From contig CAVPSB010000014.1 in assembly GCA_963708025.1 (NCBI GenBank), positions 448,001 to 512,000 of the forward strand: a stretch of DNA of 64,000 bases, written 5' to 3'. Under the pieces are notes generated by a model that saw only the letters and a program-made list of their open reading frames with translations, ran no database searches and was not told where the DNA came from. Positions 50,234 to 62,495 of the stretch are shown here, piece after piece. A program made the translations under genes and the position numbers. Position 1 is the first letter of the stretch; each line of letters opens with the position of its first letter. This DNA comes from an uncultured Candidatus Rokubacteria bacterium. GTDB taxonomy: Bacteria; Methylomirabilota; Methylomirabilia; Rokubacteriales; DASRDR01.

Positions 50234-51655
50234 ATGAGATCGATCACGCGCGCAGCCGCCGCACTGTGTCTTGGGGCCATGACGGCGTTTCCGCTAGCCG
50301 CCGGCGCGGAGGAGGCCCCATCGCTGGGCGCGGTGGAGGCGGTCCGCATCGCCATGGACGCGTACATCTACGGCTACCCCCTGGTCACCTTCGACATGGC
50401 CCGCAAGCAGCAGACCAACGTGGCCACGCCGGACGCCGAGCACGCCCCGATGGGGCAAGTGATCAAGATGCGGTCGTATCCCGCGGTGGACAACCACTGC
50501 TGCGCCGCCCCCAACGCCGACACGCTGTACACCGAGGTCTGGCTCGATGTCTCCAAGGAGCCCTGGGTCGTCGGCATTCCCGACATGGGCGACCGCTACT
50601 ACATCGTGCCGATGCTCGACGGGTGGTCGGAGGTGTTCGAGGTGGCGGGCTCGCGCACGACGGGCGGGAAGCCCCAGACGTACGCCATCACCGGTCCGGG
50701 CTGGTCGGGCGCGCTCCCGAAGGATGTGACGCAGGTCAAGTCGCCCACCGGGATGGTCTGGATCCTCGGGCGCATCTACAGCACCGGCACGCCCGAGGAC
50801 TACAAGGCGGTGCACGCCCTGCAGGACAGGTTCTCGGTCGTTCCGCTGAGCGCCTACGGCAAGCCGTACACGCCGCCGCCGGGCGTCGTCGATCCCGGCT
50901 TCGACATGAAGACGTCGGTGCGCAAGCAGGTCAACGCCCTGGACATCGAGGTCTATTTCACCCACCTCGCACAGCTGATGAAGACCAATCCGCCGACCGC
51001 GCAGGATGCGCCGATGGTCGCGCGCATGGCCAGGATCGGGTTGGTCCCGGGGCAGGACTTCGACCCGAGCAAGCTGAGTGTCCTCGACCGAGAGGCCATC
51101 AGGATCGTTCCGAAGCTCGCGCTTCTGGAGATGGGGCTGCACCTGAAGCGGCAGAAGACGACCAACGGATGGCTGTACTTCACCAAGGGCGTGGGCAACT
51201 TCGGCACCGACTACCTGGTGCGGGGCATGGCCAACCTCCTCGGCCCCGGCTGGAACCGCCCGCAGGACGCCGTGTATCCGCTCTCGCAGAAGGATGCGAA
51301 CGGCGACGAGTACGACGGCGCGAAGCACCGGTACGTCATGCGCTTCGAGAAGGGCAAGCTGCCGCCCGCCGAGGCCTTCTGGTCGCTGACGATGTACGAC
51401 GCCGACTTCTTCTTCGTGCCGAATCCGATCGATCGCTACGACCTCGCCCAGCGCGACACGCTGATCGCCAATCCGGACGGCTCGGTGGACCTGTACCTCC
51501 AGGCGGACTCGCCGGGCAAGGACAAGGAGCCGAACTGGCTGCCCGCGCCGAAGGGCAAGTTCAGTCCTGGTGATGCGCATCTACTCGCCCCGGGACACGC
51601 CGCCGTCGATCCTCGACGGTTCTGGACGCCGCCGCCGGTGAAGCGCGTGCCGTAG
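50234..51655 (+). CDS. DUF1254/DUF1214 domain exported protein (C-terminal frame disturbed)
   Basis: DAYIYGYPLV, PNADTLY, FWSLTMYD, NPDGSVDLY, NWLPAP. Confidence 0.88.
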   Translation: MRSITRAAAALCLGAMTAFPLAAGAEEAPSLGAVEAVRIAMDAYIYGYPLVTFDMARKQQTNVATPDAEHAPMGQVIKMRSYPAVDNHCCAAPNADTLYTEVWLDVSKEPWVVGIPDMGDRYYIVPMLDGWSEVFEVAGSRTTGGKPQTYAITGPGWSGALPKDVTQVKSPTGMVWILGRIYSTGTPEDYKAVHALQDRFSVVPLSAYGKPYTPPPGVVDPGFDMKTSVRKQVNALDIEVYFTHLAQLMKTNPPTAQDAPMVARMARIGLVPGQDFDPSKLSVLDREAIRIVPKLALLEMGLHLKRQKTTNGWLYFTKGVGNFGTDYLVRGMANLLGPGWNRPQDAVYPLSQKDANGDEYDGAKHRYVMRFEKGKLPPAEAFWSLTMYDADFFFVPNPIDRYDLAQRDTLIANPDGSVDLYLQADSPGKDKEPNWLPAPKGKFSPGDAHLLAPGHAAVDPRRFWTPPPVKRVP

Positions 51656-51838
51656 CGGTTGGCACATGCCATCGGCGGAACAGCTCGGCCACCGCCCTCC
51701 AGAATCGTCGCGAAAGGTGAGCTGTGGATGCAAAGGGCCAAAGGACTGCGGGCGCAGCTCGCCAGCGCCAGTGAACGAGGCCTTGCGAAGGCGGCGCCGA
51801 GATCGCAAACGCCGACGTTCTGACGCAAGGAGAGAACC

Positions 51839-52630
51839 ATGGAAACCAGGAAGAAGATCAAGTGGGCGATCGGCATCGTCGCCGCCCTCGTCGTCGTCGC
51901 CGCCCTCGTCGTGTATCCCAAGCTGGTCGTGACCCTGCCGAACGACGGCGCTGACGCCAAGCCGTTCACCTTCAAGGACGTGCGCGGGCACCGCTACACC
52001 GAGATGTTCCTCATCGGCGGGAACGCGATCACCAAGGACCTCAAGGCGAACGTCTACAACACCTGGGGTCTCAACGGCGGCGCCACCACCGGGGATTCAT
52101 GTCCCGCGGCGCTGCTGGACAAGGTCGATGTCAAGTCGGTGAAGGAGCAGTACGGTGTGCTTGCCTCGTACAAGAACGGTCCCCGCCTGTGGACGCTGGA
52201 CTGGATCGAGGTCGAGATGGGCAAGGAGCTGGACTTCGGCGGCATGAAAGCACGATGGGTGAACTGGCTGGACATGAAGGGCATCAGCACGGAGCCGGGT
52301 GCCGCCGACTACAAGAACATCACCGTCGGGCGCCACACCAAGTTCGGCTTCGACAAGGGCAAGCAGGTATTCATCCTGGATGACCCGGAGGGCAACTCGT
52401 GGGCCATGAAGTCCTTCAGCCTCATCACCCATCCCGATCAGAAGTTCGAGGAGGCCGGGACCCTCGGCAGCCGCCTGAAGCTTCCCCCGGGCTGGAAGTT
52501 CCGGGCGCCGGTGCTCGAGCAGGACCTGATCCTCACTCCGGACAAGGACGGCATCGCTCACATCACGCAGGATGACTTCGGCAACACCTACGACCGCGTG
52601 GGCGGCCCCTACAGCAACTACAAGCCATAG
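51839..52630 (+). CDS. Membrane-anchored hypothetical protein
   Basis: AAGGAG RBS, N-terminal TM, GC3-biased intact frame; LKLPPGWKFR..ITQDDFGNTY. Confidence 0.75.
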   Translation: METRKKIKWAIGIVAALVVVAALVVYPKLVVTLPNDGADAKPFTFKDVRGHRYTEMFLIGGNAITKDLKANVYNTWGLNGGATTGDSCPAALLDKVDVKSVKEQYGVLASYKNGPRLWTLDWIEVEMGKELDFGGMKARWVNWLDMKGISTEPGAADYKNITVGRHTKFGFDKGKQVFILDDPEGNSWAMKSFSLITHPDQKFEEAGTLGSRLKLPPGWKFRAPVLEQDLILTPDKDGIAHITQDDFGNTYDRVGGPYSNYKP

Positions 52631-52677
52631 CCCGAAACCGCACAGACATCGGCGGGGCAAGTGATGAGGAGGCAGCC

Positions 52678-53237
52678 ATGAAGAGCGGAGACCTCGGCAA
52701 ACGTAGGAGGCACTTCCCGATCGGCGTTTCTCCTGGCGGCAGTAGTGTTGTCACTGGCGGCGTGTGCGACGACTACGACGACTTCTTCCGGAGCGCCCCA
52801 GCTCATGTTCGTGCAGACCGCGGAGGATCTCAAGGTAGACCCTGCCGCGAGCACCATCCGGCTGGTGAAGGTCAACCAGCAGACGCTGTACTTCTCGGAT
52901 CGGCCGCAGCGTATCGCCGGGCATCTCACGATGGCCGACTATCTCAAGGAATGGACAGCGAAAGCCGGCAAGGACAATTTTGGCGCAGACCCGCCGAATG
53001 CCGCGCTCTCCGTCTATGAGCCGGGACAACCCGACAATACGCTTGTCGTGGTCAAGATCACCAACCCGGTGGTCGACGGCGCGGACCTCGTCTACAGCTA
53101 CAGCATCATCAGACGGCACGATGCCCGCCAGTGGCGGCGCGACCTCGCTGTTCATCGACTGGATCGGGGTCGGCGGCGGCGTCGGGGCCGGCTTCCACGG
53201 CGTCGGCGTCGGCGGCCGCGGTCTCGGTGTCCGCTAG
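52678..53237 (+). CDS. Hypothetical lipoprotein (frameshifted)
   Basis: LAAC lipobox; LMFVQTA..TLYFSDRPQR..DPPNA; SLFID in the next frame. Confidence 0.6.
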
Positions 53238-53379
53238 CTCGGGGCGTTGCATGATCACTCGGCGAGTTTCGATGAGTGAAGGGCGGCGCGCGGTTACGGT
53301 CCTCGCGCTGCGCACGGGCGCGCCTGCCGCGGGGCAGGCGCCGCCGGCCCGGCTGAACCAACCGGAGAAGGAGACCAGG

Positions 53380-54163
53380 ATGAGCACATTGAATTTCAGA
53401 ATGGCCGCAGCATTGTTCGCGCTCGGGGCGCTCGCGCTGTCGGCGACCGTCGCCACAGAGGTCCGGGCACAGGCACCGGCGGTGGATCCGGCCGCCACGC
53501 AGATCCTGAAGCGGATGACCGACTACCTCGGCAGCCTGCAGCAGTTCAGCGTGCATACGCAGAACACCCTCGAGGACGTGCTCGACTCGGGGCACAGGGT
53601 CGATTTCGACGTCTCGGCGAACGTGATCATCAGCCGGCCGAACAAGCTGCGCGCCGAGCGCAAGGGCGATCTGATCGACCAGATCTTCTACTACGATGGC
53701 AAGACGCTGACGCTGTACAACCCGTCCGACAAGGTCTATGCGACGGAGCCTGCACCCGGGACGATCGAGGAGCTGCTCGACTTCGCGCGCGAGTCGCTCG
53801 GGCTCGTCCGTCCCGATCGCCGACCTGGTCTACCGCAACGCCTTCCCGCTGCTGATGCAGGATGTGACCTTTGCGGCGGTGGTCGGCAAGGCGGTCATCG
53901 GCGGGGTCAAGTGCGATCATGTGCTCTTCAGCCGCCCGGGTGTCGACTTCCAGGTATGGGTCGCCGACAGCGGCCAGCCGTTGCCGCGCAAGTATGTCGT
54001 CACCGACACAGGAACCCCCGCGCTGCTGAGCGTCACAACGGTCATGAGCGACTGGAACGTGGCTCCGGCCGTGGCCGATGCCCAGTTCACCTTCGTGCCG
54101 CCCCAGGGGACCAAGCCGATCACGTTCATGCCACTGGATACAACCAGCGGCTCCAGCCGCTGA
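53380..54163 (+). CDS. DUF2092 (LolA-like) periplasmic protein, frameshift near 53808
   Basis: LKRMTDYL, RPNKLR, YYDGKTLTLY, DFQVWV..PLPRKYV. Confidence 0.8.
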
Positions 54164-54182
54164 CACCAACAGGAGGAAGCAA

Positions 54183-54676
54183 ATGAAGACGATGCTCAAG
54201 ATCGCCGTAGTCGCCACTACCCTTGTCTTGATGCTCATGGCCGATGTGCCGCTTCTGCCCGTGCAACTGGTGCCCGAAGCGCACGCGATCCTCGGCGTCC
54301 GGCGCCGCACGCCGTCGTGGTCGGGGCCGCAGTCCACGCTGCGGATTCGGCCCAGATGGCCCAGGCCCAGCAGCAGGCGGCCGCGGCCCAACAGCAGGCC
54401 GCCGCCGCCCAACAGCAGGCCGCCGCGGCCCAACAGCAGGCCGCGGCCGCTCAGCAGCAGGCTGCCGCTGCCAGCAGCAGGCCGCCGCAGCGCGTCCCGC
54501 TCCGCCGCCTGCAGCCGCCGGGACACCGTTGCCGCTGGGCACCGTCGTTGTCCGCCCTTCCCGCAGGTTGCGTCTCCACGCCGGTCGGCGGCGTGGAGTA
54601 CTACTACTGCGGCGGCAACTTCTATCGCGCGGTGTTTCAGGGGAACACCCTGGTGTATGTGACGGCGCAGCCGTAA
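54183..54676 (+). CDS. Exported protein with QQQAAAA tandem repeats (frameshifted)
   Basis: Signal peptide; ~5 x 21-bp CAGCAGGCCGCCGC... repeats; C-terminal LPAGC..GVEYYYCGGNFY. Confidence 0.6.
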
Positions 54677-54689
54677 TGAAAAAGACAGG

Positions 54690-54790
54690 CGAACCTGGCC
54701 CGGAACCCGGCGGTCCTGGCGAGCGGAGTGAGCCCGGTCGTCGCGGCGGTCGAGGAGGTCCGCCGTATTCTCGGGCTGCACGCACGTCTG
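54690..54790 (+). pseudogene. Internally deleted remnant of the alpha/beta-hydrolase 3' end
   Basis: Matches ~58840-58899 joined to ~59115-59155 through TCGA microhomology. Confidence 0.6.
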
Positions 54791-54971
54791 AGGAGGACCA
54801 CGAGTGAACGCCAAGGGCGAGGTCCTCATCTGAGGACCAGGAGGGCACCGGTGGGTGGAGGGAAGCCGCAGTAAGTCGCGCCATCACGCGATCGTAGCGC
54901 AGGGTCAGGGACGAGGCAGCGGAGCCGTGGCCGCAGGGAGCGTTCACCATGTCAGTGACAAGGAGGGGCGG

Positions 54972-55677
54972 ATGAGCCGAAGATGCGTTCTGATGAGAGG
55001 GGTCGTCGGTGTGCTGGCGGCCCTATTCGTGGCGGCCGGGACGATGCCCGCGTTCGCCGACGACACCGCGGATGCCAAGGAGCTGGTGGAGAAAGCTAAG
55101 CTCACCATCGAGAAGTTCTCGACCGATCCTGCCATGAGCGGCTTTCGCGACGCGGTGAAGCGGGCTAAGGGCGTATTCATCTCGCCCCAGGTGCTTCGGG
55201 GCGCGTTCATCATCGGGGTCTCGGGAGGCAGCGGCGTGCTTCTGGCGCGGGAGGAAAAGGGGAACCAGTGGGGAGGACCGGCGTTCTACACGGTCGGTGA
55301 GGCGAGCTTCGGCCTCCAGGCCGGGGGCGACGCGCAGGAGGTGGTGCTGCTCGCGATGACGGAGCGCGGCGTGACCAAGCTCCTGTCGGCCACCACCAAG
55401 CTCGGCACCGATGCCAGCGTGGCCGGGGGACCGGTCGGCGCGGGAGTGACGGCCGAGACCGGGCCTGAGCGCGGACATCATCAGCTTCGCGCTGAGCAAG
55501 GGGGTGTTTATCGGCGTCTCACTCGAAGGGGCGGTGGTCGGGGTCCGCGGGGTCCTGAACAACGCCTACTACGGCAAGGAGGTCAACCCCACCGATATCC
55601 TGATCCGCCAGACCGTCAAGAACCCACAGGCGGCGCCGCTGATCGCGGCGGTCGCCAAGGTGGCCGGCGGGAAGTGA
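54972..55677 (+). CDS. Ysc84/SYLF lipid-binding domain protein, frameshift near 55460
   Basis: AKGVFISP, GSGVLL, SFGLQAG, SKGVFIGVSLEG, NNAYYG. Confidence 0.85.
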
Positions 55678-56245
55678 GCCGCCGGTCTTCGGGCTCGAGC
55701 GACGATCCGGGCGTGGGCTGTGACGGCCGGAAGGCTCGGGCCCGGAGGCGAGCAGAGTCAGGGCGGCGTGCCGGGGACGGGCGGGGAGGCGTCGAGAACG
55801 CGGGAGCGCGATGTGTCGTGACACCGTGATGCCCCGGATCGACCCGTCAAGGGGCGGGACAGCCCCTCTTCGATCATGCATCAGATGTCCGGCCCGCGCC
55901 GTCTCCGCGCGCCAGCGGGATTCTCGACGAGAGGACGGTTGACCTCAGGCAAGGATGGTAGCGGTGGCTGATGGAAGGCATGGCGATGAGCACAGCGGAC
56001 GTGCCGCAAGGATGGAGGCTGAAGGAGTGAGCCAGTGACGAACGCTCGCGCGAGTCGATCCCGAACGGTTGACGGTTGGCGGATCGGTTGAGGTCTGGCC
56101 GACCGCCCGGATGACGCCGTGGTGGCCGTTCCCTATCGGGGCAAGATCGGCAAGGTGACGATCGAGCTGAAGGACGTGGAGACTGCCGATCCTCGCGAGG
56201 ATCAGCACGTCACAGGCTCGCCGCCATGAATAGGGCGCGGGCCGA

Positions 56246-57270
56246 TTGACACGTCCGATGGTGTGGCTGGGGCGCCTCCTGGTGGGGCTCGGGTGCAGCG
56301 TCGTGCTCGGATGGATGGCGCTGGCCATCTACTTCGACTTCTCGCGGCTCGGGCCCCCGTGGCTCCGCGCCGGGCTCGGCGTTCTCGTACCGGTGGGCGC
56401 GCTGGTCGCTCTCTGGCTCGTGCGCCCGCGCCGGCGGGCGCTCGCCGGGATCCTGGGGGCGTTCGTCGTGGTCCTCGTCACGTGGCTCGCCATCCCGCCG
56501 TCCAACGAGCGGGACTGGCAGCCCGACGTGGCAACGCTGGCCTTTGCCGACATCCACGGCGATCGCGTGATCGTGCACAACGTCCGCAACGCCGAGTACC
56601 GGACCGAGACCGACTACACGGTGCGCCTCGAGGATCGCGCGCTGGACCTCTCGAAGCTCCGCTCCCTGGATCTCTTCCTCGTCCACTGGGGATCGCCCCT
56701 CATCGCCCACACGATCATGAGCTGGGGGTTCGAGGGCGATCGGTACCTGGCCATCTCGATCGAGACGCGCAAGGAGAAGGGCGAGCAGTACTCGGCGCTG
56801 CGCGGGTTCTTCCGCCAGTACGAGCTCGTCTTCGTGGTCGCGGACGAGCGCGACGTCGTGCGCCTCCGCACGAATGTCCGCGGCGAGGACGTCCACGTCT
56901 ACCGGCTCGACGCGCCCCCCGCGGACGCTCGCGCGCTGCTGCTCCGGTACCTCGAGGAGGTCAACCAGCTGCGCGAGCGGCCCCAGTGGTACAACGCGCT
57001 GACGGACAACTGCACGACGGCGATCCAGCGCCTCGCCCGGGTCGGGCGCCCGCCGGTCGTGGTGGAGCTGGAAGCTCTTCCTGAACGGCTACCTCGACGA
57101 GCTGGCGTACGACATCGGCGCCATCGATCGCTCCCTGCCGTTCTCCGTCCTCAAGGCGAAGAGCCACATCAACGAGCGGGCCAAGGCCGCCGACGACGAC
57201 CCACGATTCTCGGTCCGGATCCGGGACGGGCTTCCTCGGATGTCCCGCGACCGCGGCGAGGCGATGACGC
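56246..57270 (+). CDS. DUF4105 (Lnb N-terminal-like) protein, frameshift near 57050
   Basis: PSNERDWQPD, HNVRN, IAHTIMSWGF, SIETRKE, YNALTDNCTT. Confidence 0.8.
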
Positions 57271-57287
57271 TCAGGGATGGAGCGGCG

Positions 57288-59188
57288 ATGAGCTCCGACG
57301 TGCGGCTGCGCCCGCATCGGCTCGCGCTCGTCTCGGCGCCCTCGGGCTCTGGCGCCTGGCGGCCTGCGCGGGCCCGGTGGGCACGGTCCGGGTCGACCCC
57401 AAGGTCGTCCATCGCCACCTCGGCCGGAGCGCCATCACGACGGGCGAGCCGAGCCTGGCCCGACGCGCAACCTGCTCTTCGAGCGCGGTCTGCTTCGAAG
57501 CCTTCGACGAACGCCCGGAGGCCGCCATTGCCGAGCTGCACCGGGCGATGGTCGCGGCGGGGGGGGACCCGGACCTGCTCTTCGCCCTCGCCGAGCTCTC
57601 CTTCCTCCACGGCCAGGCGACCACGAAGCCCGACTACCACCTGGCCGCGGCCGTCTACGCCTACGCCTTCCTGTTCCCCGAAGGGCCCGGGTGCGCTCCC
57701 CGGGCGGTTCGACCCGCGCCTGCGGATCGCGGCGGATCTCTACAACTGGGCGCTCACGGCGAGCCTTCGCCTCGGAGGACCGCTCGGAGGTCGTCCCGCG
57801 GGGCGGCACGTTCACGCTGCCCTTCGGGCCGATCGAGGTGGCGTTCGATCCCGCCGCGCTCCGCGCCGGGGATCGGGAGCTCTACCGGTTCATCGCCGAC
57901 CGCGGAGCTGGAGGTGCACGGGCTGGCCATGCGGTATCGCTGGCCGGGCCTCGGCGCCCCGCTCGCCGCCTCCACCCGGCCCATCGATGCCTCGAGACCC
58001 GGCCGGGACCTGGTGGCGCCGCGGCTCCAGGTGCCGGTGACGGCCCTGCTCCGGATCGCCGAGGCCCGGCACGCCCTCGTGCAGGGGCGCCCGCTCGCGG
58101 GCACGCTCGAGCTCCACCTGGCCTGGGACGCGGAAACGGTCTCGATCGCCGGCGAGCCGGTCCCGCTCGAGAACGAGCCGACGGCGGCGCTCGCGCTCAC
58201 GTTCACCGGCGTGCCGATCATGGAGCTCGAGCTGCTCGGGTTCCTGGGCCGGCTGACCGGGCTGATGCGCAGCGGCCCCCGCTCGTCTCCGCCACGCCGT
58301 ACCGTCCCGGGCTCATCCCCGTGGTCTTCGTGCACGGCACGGAGTCGAGCGTGGTCCGCTGGGTGGAGATGTACAATCGTCTGCTGGCCGATCCCGAGAT
58401 CCGCAGCCGCTTCCAGTTCTGGTTCTTCCAGTACGATTCCGGCCAGCCCATCGCGCTGTCCTCTCTCCACCTGCGCGAGGCCCTGACGGCGGCGGTGGCG
58501 CGGCTCGACCCCGAGGGCAAGGACCCGGCCCTGCGCCGGATGGTCCTGATCGGGCACAGCCAGGGGGGTCTGCTGGTCAAGATGCAGGTCATCAGCAGCG
58601 GTGATCGGCTCTGGAACGCGGTCAGTCGCAAGCCGCTCGATCAGCTGGTCCTGTCCGACCACGACTCGCGACCTGCTCCGGCGTGGGCTGTTCGTCGAGC
58701 CGCTGCCCGAAGTCTCTCGCGTGGTGTTCATCTGCACGCCGCATCGGGGCAGCTTCGTCGCCGGACGCCATATCATCGCCAACCTCGTCCGGCGACTCCT
58801 GACCCTGCCCTTCGCTCTCACCGGGGTGGCGGCGGACATCGCCCGGAACCCGGACGCCCTGGCGAGCGGGGTGAGCCCGGTCGTCCCGTCGGCGGTCGAC
58901 AACATGTCGCCGCGTCACCCCTTCCTCCGGGCCCTGCAGGAGATTCCCGTCGCCCCGTCCGTCACGGTCAACTCCATCGTCGCGGTCGAGGGGGACGGGC
59001 CGGTCGAGCAGGGCAACGACGGCGTGGTGGAGTACTCGAGCGCCCACATCGAGCCGGTCGAGTCCGAGCTGGTCGTGAAGTCGAGCCATTCCACGCAGGG
59101 CAATCCCCACACCATCGAGGAGGTCCGCCGCATTCTCCGGCTGCACGTGGGTCTGACGACGGGCACGGTCCCGCTGGAGGCCCGATGA
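57288..59188 (+). CDS. Alpha/beta hydrolase (lipase-like) lipoprotein, multiple frameshifts
   Basis: LAAC lipobox; PVVFVHG, IGHSQGG, TPHRGS, NDGVVEY, SSHS. Confidence 0.75.
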
Positions 59189-59271
59189 CCGCCGAGGACC
59201 ATGGCCGGGAAACACGACCATGCCACCCGATTCGTCGTGGTCGTCATGTCGATCCAGGAGGACTCACGCAC

Positions 59272-59847
59272 ATGAAGAGCTCCGTCGTGGGAATACTGAG
59301 TCTCGCCGCCGTCCTGGTGGGATCGGTGGTTTCGGCGCTCGGCCCGGCCGCCCTGGCTGGCGAGCTAGCGGGCGTGACGCTGCCCGACACGCTGAAGGCC
59401 GGCGAGAAGACGTTGAAGCTGAACGGGCTGGGCCTCAGGAAAAAGGCCGTGTTCGAGGTCTACGTGGGCGGGCTGTACCTCGAATCACCCTCCAAGGACG
59501 CGGCCGCCATCCTCACGGCCGACCGGGCGAAGGCCATCCGCATGCATTTCCTGCGCGATCTGACGAAGGCGCAGCTCGTCGAGGCCTTTCAGGAGGGCTT
59601 CGAGGCCAACGTGAAGGACCGGGCCCCCCAGAAGGCCGCGTTCGACAGGATGCTCGCGCTCGTGCCCGACGTGAAGATTGGCAGCACGCTGACGTTCACG
59701 TACCTGCCGGGAAAAGGCACGACGCTCTCTGCCGGGAGCAATGAGCTGGGTGTCTTCGAGGGGAAGGGGTTCGCGGACGCGGTCTTCGCGATCTGGCTGG
59801 GTCCCAAGCCGCCTACCGAGGATCTGAAGAAGGGGCTGCTGGGCTGA
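59272..59847 (+). CDS. Chalcone isomerase-like periplasmic protein
   Basis: LKLNGLGLRKK..VYVGGLYL; FAIWLG..LKKGLLG. Confidence 0.85.
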   Translation: MKSSVVGILSLAAVLVGSVVSALGPAALAGELAGVTLPDTLKAGEKTLKLNGLGLRKKAVFEVYVGGLYLESPSKDAAAILTADRAKAIRMHFLRDLTKAQLVEAFQEGFEANVKDRAPQKAAFDRMLALVPDVKIGSTLTFTYLPGKGTTLSAGSNELGVFEGKGFADAVFAIWLGPKPPTEDLKKGLLG

Positions 59848-60030
59848 TGCGGTGGCGCCCGAGGAGCGCGCCCGCACGAGCGTCCGGCAACGGGTGACGA
59901 AAGAGATCATGCGATGCGCCGACGCGACCCTGGCAATGGGCGACACGAACCGACCAGTCGCTCTGGCGGGCTCTCCGCTTATCGTAGTCCCGGTCGACGC
60001 GGGCTCGGGTCGGGCGCGCGGGGGTTCTGA

Positions 60031-62491
60031 GTGATCGTCACGGTGTCGCTGGCCCAGATGCTCCTCGGCGTCCTCCTCCTGTTGACGCCCGTGGTCCGCG
60101 GCGAGGCGGCGGACCAGAAGGCGTCGGCTCCGCAAGAAGCGACGGTCCCGGCGCCGCCGCCGTTCCCGGCGATCCCACTCGCCGAGGTGGCGCCGCAGGC
60201 CACGGAGATGGAGGCGCTCCTGCGCGCCTATCGGACGCTGCAAGCCTCCACGCCGGCGACCTCGATGATCGAGAAGCAGCTTCCCGAGGCCAGCGCCCTC
60301 ATCAGCCGCGAGCTCGAGCGGACGCTGAGCCTCCTGCGGGAGCAGCCGACGCTCGAGACGCTCGAGGTGAAGCAGGAGCTCTGGGCAAGGCGGCAGCTCC
60401 TGACAACCACCTGGCTGGGTGCGCTCACGCGACGGGTCATCCACCTGCAGGAGGCCCTGACCCGCCTGGCGGACCAGCATCAGACGTGGACCCAGACCCA
60501 GGATGCCGCGCGTGCGGCAAAGGCGCCGGAGCCGATACTCGGGCAGATCGCCGAGGTTCTCGCCGCGATCGAGGCCGCACAGACGCCCCTGCAGGCCCAG
60601 CGCGCGGTCGCGCTCGAACTCCAGAGCCGTGTCGCCCGGGAGGTGGCCCGCTGTCAGACCGCCTTGGCGCAGGTGGCCGAGGCGCAGCGGCAAGCGGTGG
60701 GAGGGCTCCTGGAGCCGGAGCGCCCGCCGATCTGGAACACCCAGTGGTGGGTGGGCGCGCGGACCGTCAACGCTCGCAACGTCCGCGATATCGCCGCCGA
60801 CTGGTGGCGCGCGGTGATCCAGCACCTCCGCGATCCCGCCAACGGCCTGAAGGCGCATGCGGCACTCTTGGTGATCCTGGCCGCCTTGCTGTGGGCGGCA
60901 CGGCGCTGGACCCATGGTTCGGTCGCCATGGAGGGCGCCTCGTTCGCGACCGCGGTGTTCGATCGTCCCTTCTCCGCCGCGCTGCTCATCGGCCTGGTCA
61001 GCCATCCCTTCGTCTATGGCCCGGCGGGCCCGGAGACGCGGCAACTGTTCCAGGTCGCGCTGCTGGTCCCGGTGATCCGGCTGACGCGACCGGTCGTGGA
61101 CCCGCACGTGTTCCCTGGCCTCCTCGTGCTGGCAGCCGTGTTCACCCTTGATACCGTCCGAAGAGCCGCCGGCACGCTGGCGATCGAGCCAGCGATCCTG
61201 TCGGTGGAGATGCTCGCCGGGCTGCTCGGGCTGGGCTACACCCTGACGGTTGGGCCTCTCCGGCGCCCGCCTGCGCGGGATGCCGAGTCGGAGCGGTTGC
61301 GCGCCACTCGGGTGGTCGGCGCCCTCATTCTGGTCGTTGTTCGCCGCCGCGCTGGTGTGCACGGTCCTCGGGTACCTGCGCCTCGGGCGTGTGATCGCCT
61401 CCGGCGTGCTCGGCAGCGTCTTCCTGGCGCTCGTGCTGAGGCCCGTCGTCCGGGTGATCACCGGTCTGGTCGCGCTGACGCTCCGCATGTGGCCGGTCCG
61501 GCTCCTCCGGATGATCGAGCATCACCGCGACCTCCTCGAGCGCCGCACGCACCGCGTGCTGGTCTGGCTTGCGGTCGGCGTGTGGCTCACCCGCTCGCTG
61601 GACTACGTCGGCGTGCTGGGGCCGGCGCGGACGCTCGGGCAAAGCCTGCTCGGTGCCAAGCTCGAGCGGGGCGCGCTCAGCATCTCCGTCGAGGACGTCC
61701 TGGCCTTCGCGCTCACGCTGTGGGTCGCGTACCTGCTGTCCGCCTTCCTTCGCTTCGCACTGGAGGAGGACGTCTATCCCCGCGCTGGCCTGGCCCGCGG
61801 CTTGTCCTATGCCCTCTCGAGCCTGCTGAACTACGTCCTCCTCACCGTGGGCTTCCTGGCGGGCCTGGCGGTCCTGGGGCTGGACCTCACGAAGCTGACC
61901 ATCATAGCCGGCGCGTTCGGCGTCGGGATCGGCTTCGGCCTGCAGAGCGTGGTGAACAACTTCGTCTCGGGGCTGATCCTGCTCTTCGAGCGGCCGATCC
62001 ACGTCGGCGATACCATCGAGGCGGGCGGGATCACGGGGAGCGTGCGCCGGATCGGCATCCGCTCGAGCGTGGTGCGCACCGGGCAAGGGGCCGAGATCAT
62101 CGTCCCCAACGCGCAGCTCGTCACGGAACGGGTGACGAACTGGACGCTCAGCGATCGACAACGGCTCATCGAGCTGCCGGTGGGCGTGAGCTACAGCGCG
62201 CATCCCAAGAAGGTCATGGAGATGCTGGAAACGGTGGCGCAGGCACACCCCCAGGTGTTGCGGCAGCCACCGCCCAGGGCGTTCTTCACGGGCTTCGGCG
62301 ACAGCTCGATCAATTTCGAGCTGCGAGCCTGGACGGACCAGTTCGACCAGTGGTTCCAGATCCGGAGCGAGCTGGCCGCGGCCGTGTATGATGCGGGCCA
62401 GGCGGCCGGGATCTCGTTTCCCTTTCCCCAGCGCGAGGTGCGTCTGCTTCAGGACCCCTCGGCCCGGCCCGCTGCGGGCCCGGTACCCTAG
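60031..62491 (+). CDS. Large MscS/MscK-like mechanosensitive channel, frameshift near 61340
   Basis: Periplasmic coiled coil, many TMs, GIGFGLQSVVNNFVSGLILLFERP, IIVPN, FPFPQR. Confidence 0.88.
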
Positions 62492-62495
62492 AGAA

